Source: Eledone cirrhosa (taxonomy: Eukaryota). Taken from it: a stretch of DNA of 64,000 nucleotides. The stretch is taken from assembly GCA_964016885.1 (NCBI GenBank), contig OZ024743.1, forward strand, positions 43,772,001 to 43,836,000. Reading direction: 5' to 3'. Shown one piece after another: positions 58,309 through 64,000 of this stretch. The notes beneath the pieces are model-generated. The model did no database searches, had not been told where the DNA came from, and saw nothing but the letters and a program-made list of their open reading frames with translations. A program made the translations under genes and the position numbers. Every line of letters begins with the position of its first letter. The first letter of the stretch is position 1.

Positions 58309-59044
58309 TTATTAAAATAACAGATTATAGTTTAAGCAAAGAATCGCTGCTTTCACCCTTAACGGGATCTTCTGAAACTAAAAAAATCAATCTGTGAACG
58401 CAGAAGTAAATACCAAAGAACATAATTTTGTAAACACACATCACCAGAAGATGCTATGGTATATGTTTATGTTTGTTCTTGTTTTATAATTCCGCCCGTC
58501 TTTTAAACATTTATACATTTTAAATATATTTTTATACACTTTTTATCGCATGCTCACCTATAATTCAATAATGTCACATACGTTAACGATGTTTTCCCCA
58601 GCCGTCACACATTTTTCTCAAACTTTATCATTAGTCATTCTCGATTAGTCGTTTACATGTATCAGCAATTAAACTTAAACCACATTTCACATTTTTCACA
58701 CTAGGTACATATTTTGTTCATCCATGTTATTTTGAATTCTTAATGTTTAAGCAGTAAATAAAGACGCACATACACACACGCAGACACACACACACATATG
58801 CACACACACACGCACACATACACACACACACACATACACACACACACACACACGCACAAACACTGATGAACTTATTCCAATTGAATCTTGCATAGTGACT
58901 GAGGGGCAAATTGACGCTAGTGTCGTGTGAATTGTAACCACTTAAGATTCAGACATGATCATTTCCGAAACACGTGATTGGGTGCGTTTCCGGAGAAGAT
59001 ATGTGGAAGTAAAACTGCAATCGCTTTTATATATATATATATAT

Positions 59045-59076
<32 letters not shown>

Positions 59077-59132
59077 CGTGTGTGTGTGTGTGGGTGTGTA
59101 TGTGTTTGTGTATGTGTGTGTGTGTGTGCGTG

Positions 59133-59164
<32 letters not shown>

Positions 59165-59412
59165 CGCGTGTGTGTGTGTGCGTGTGTGTGTGAGCGTATG
59201 TGTGTGTATATATAGTGAACGATTGAAGAATAACATGGTCGGCTGGACAACAAGGGATTGTATTTCAAGTATTAACAATTGTTTCATTAATCAGGTGAGT
59301 CTAAAGGTCGATAATCAGTCGAAGTTGCGTCAGTCGATCTTAAATACAGTGTTTACTGTATTAGAGTATTCACAAACTCTAACTGAATTTCCTATAACGA
59401 TAACTTGTCATC

Positions 59413-59478
<66 letters not shown>

Positions 59479-60077
59479 TATCAATAATAATGAGTTCAAA
59501 ACTCAAGCAGTCTTTTACAATGAAATAGCTCAAAGAAAGAAGTATTTCTGAGCCGTGTAATACAAGTTAATATAAATTAATATATTTGATAGTATCACTG
59601 ATAGTATTATTGATAGTATCATTGCTCATTTGTTGAGCTGAATTTAGCCCCATACAAACGGCTGTTATTTCTAGCAGCACGAGTATGTGACAGCTAGACA
59701 CTGGATAACCGCGTGAAATACCATGTGCGTTAATCAGTCTTTCTAAATATTTTGAAGTGAAACATACCAATTTTTATAGTGCTTGCTGAGGAGATCAAAA
59801 TGCGGTATTCTTTCACTTTTTCATTATTCGAAACATATTTGTATTTTAACGTTTAAACCTGTCTACGGAACAGATTTGATTTTGAAATTTAAATTTGTCC
59901 AAGCACTACGGCCATTGCCAATATGATTTGTTTTTATTGATTTATTATCTTAAATCGAGACAGGGAAAATGTATTAGTATTATTAGTATATTTCAATCTA
60001 GCTAACCTGGTCATTTACAATACAAACATGAATATGTTGGTATTTGTGTTTATCAAATATATTAATTTATATTAACT

Positions 60078-60118
<41 letters not shown>

Positions 60119-60325
60119 TAAGTATATATACGTACATACATATATGTATACAGATGTACAGTAGTATGTATATACATACATGCACACATATATATATATA
60201 TGTGTGTGCATGTATGTATGCATATACATACTACTGTACGTCTGTATACATATATGTATGTTCGTATACATACTTACATTTAAGTATCAGCCGTACTAAG
60301 AGTCAGAAATGAAATTTCATTTTTT

Positions 60326-61240
60326 CCAGGCGTGTCAGAAAAATTCCAGGACTGATGTCACAAAATATTTATTTCAAACCCAAACTTCACACTATTAGTT
60401 TTCTCCTTCAAAGTAATCCCACTGGACTATGTAACTGTAATCCTAGCTCTCTGCAGCGATCGCATTTTTTTCTTTATAATTTTATATACATTTCCTCTGT
60501 TTTGGGTCGTTAATCAATGAGCACAAAGCAACGAACAAACTTGAAGTTTCTGATACGGTTGGCGAATACTCCATCAGAATCACTGGGATTGCTTCAGCAA
60601 GTATATGGAGATGAGACGATGTCACGCTCACGTGGTTTTGAGTGGTGCAAGAGGTTTATAGAAGGAGGCGAGGACGTGGAAGATGACCCCAGGAGCGGAA
60701 GGCCCTCAACAACCAGGACTGAGGTCAACGTTGAGCGCGTCAGGAAGATGGTGCGTAGCGATCGTCGGCTGGCTGTTCGACTGATGGCAAATGAGCTGGG
60801 CATGAATCGGGACAGCGTCTGGAAGATTCTCACTAAAGATTTAGACATGCAGAAATTCTGCGCGAAGATGGTGCCAAAACTGCTGAACGATGACCAAAAG
60901 GGTCGACGCATGCAAGTGTGCCAGGACATCCTCGAGCGTCTTGAAACTGAACCTTACTTGCTAGGCACAGTCATCACCGGTGATGAGTCATGGATCTTCG
61001 AGTACGACCCGGAGGGTCCCCGCTTTGAAGACGTGGACGAGATCAAAAGCCGTGACGACGGAAATGCCGAGGATCCCGGAAGAATCCTTCCAGGAGTGCA
61101 TGCAAGCGTGGCAGAAAAGGATGGAAAAGTGTATTAGACTCCAGAGGGATTCATTTGAAGGGGAACACTCTTACTGTGAAGTTTGGGTTTGAAATAAATC
61201 TTTTGTGACATCAGTCCTGGAACCTTTCTGACACATCTCG
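60326..61240 (+). mobile_element. Internally deleted mariner transposon (copy 2), ORF 60517-61137
   Basis: Near-identical to copy 1, created by the tandem duplication. Confidence 0.92.
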
Positions 61241-61242
61241 TA

Positions 61243-61398
<156 letters not shown>

Positions 61399-61431
61399 TA
61401 GATATATATTATATATATATATGATTCCATG

Positions 61432-61462
<31 letters not shown>

Positions 61463-61499
61463 TTCCATGGAATCATATATATAATCATATATATATTAA

Positions 61500-61584
<85 letters not shown>

Positions 61585-61815
61585 TTATTAAAATAACAGA
61601 TTATAGTTTAAGCAAAGAATCGCTGCTTTCACCCTTAACGGGATCTTCTGAAACTAAAAAAATCAATCTGTGAACGCAGAAGTAAATATTTAGAAAAACG
61701 TTTCTTATATATTTGATATATATTTATTCTTATCGAGCCCTCTTTGGATTTTAGTCTTCAAATTTATTATTATTACTATATATATTATATATATATATGA
61801 TTATATATATGATTT

Positions 61816-62951
<1,136 letters not shown>

Positions 62952-63533
62952 GTATGTGTGTATAAAGAAAGAAACATATCGAGTATACACTTGCAATCTT
63001 TGAAAGGCTGTCAGGATTTCAATGATATTGAATGAACATGGTTCAAATTGATATCTCTTTAAGATTCTATTTGGTTGTTTGACAATAGTCAAGGAATCAA
63101 GTATAGGATGTTATTAGTACACCACGACGTTCGTGCATTAGGATCATGTGAAACTACTAGAAATAACTACGTCAATATTTAATGCTGTTGTAGTTCAGTC
63201 AATATGTCATGTGAGATGCCAAAATTGGAAGCTGTGTGACTAGTGTAATTTTAGTGAATATGTCATATGACAGAATGAACAAATACATGCATTTGCGTAA
63301 ATTTGTGTGTGGCTGTTAAAGTTTATTCGATATCTGGTTTATTTCATACAAATATAAAGTGGGGAGACTTGGAACTTTGTAGACCTGTTTGTTACACAAA
63401 GGTCACAAGAAATAAAAATGGACTTATATATGTATACAGTGTGCACAGTGTTCTCCTTCTCTTTGTATACACACTTACAAAACGCACTCACACACACTCC
63501 CACCCACACCCTCACTGACACACACACAAACAG

Positions 63534-63631
<98 letters not shown>

Positions 63632-63717
63632 GTTTATCCCGGGTTCAATTGGGGGTAACCACAGCAGGTAAGGTACTCAATACAAAGCAGAGTATAAATA
63701 TTTAATATAGAAAAGGC

Positions 63718-63756
63718 TTCTACAGGACTGTTTTATTCGGGAGAAATCATCAGAAA
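63718..63756 (-). ncRNA. Decayed minimal HHR in a short microsatellite-flanked element (63630-63757)
   Basis: ttt-CTGATGA-tTTC tccc GAAt-AAAA-CAGtcCTG-TA|gaa; G12 is mutated to A. Confidence 0.55.
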
Positions 63757-63844
<88 letters not shown>

Positions 63845-64000
63845 AACTATATAACTTCGCTAAATTAACATTATTATGAAAACATTTTCAATGTTGGAAC
63901 AAAATATTTGAATCTACAAATTATTCTCCCCTTACAACTTGAACTACGTCTTTTTTATGTAAAATGCAAAATCAACGTCCTTCGTAATTCATATGAGATA

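Overview
This is an AT-rich, microsatellite-saturated eukaryotic window. It is probably an octopus/coleoid genome, inferred from the tRNA-derived SINEs and the (TA)n/(CA)n density. I see no intact host gene. The recognisable coding remnants are all transposable elements: three Penelope-like elements (PLEs), four RTE LINE fragments, CRE-clade 3' ends, two deleted mariners inside a ~3.3 kb tandem duplication, a Chapaev3-like transposase fragment, a non-autonomous Helitron and many SINEs. The main signal is non-coding. Many (TA)n tracts contain short inverted-repeat elements from about ten mutually unrelated families, and most carry a type I hammerhead ribozyme (HHR) motif, intact or decayed. These include a ~460-bp tandem array with minimal HHRs (retrozyme-like, 39.1-42.5 kb) and a perfect ~430-bp palindrome holding two back-to-back HHRs with a very long stem II. 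Scattered minus-strand segments may be a heavily decayed ankyrin-repeat gene. All HHR calls were made by eye from core motifs and base-pairing; none were folded computationally or tested.
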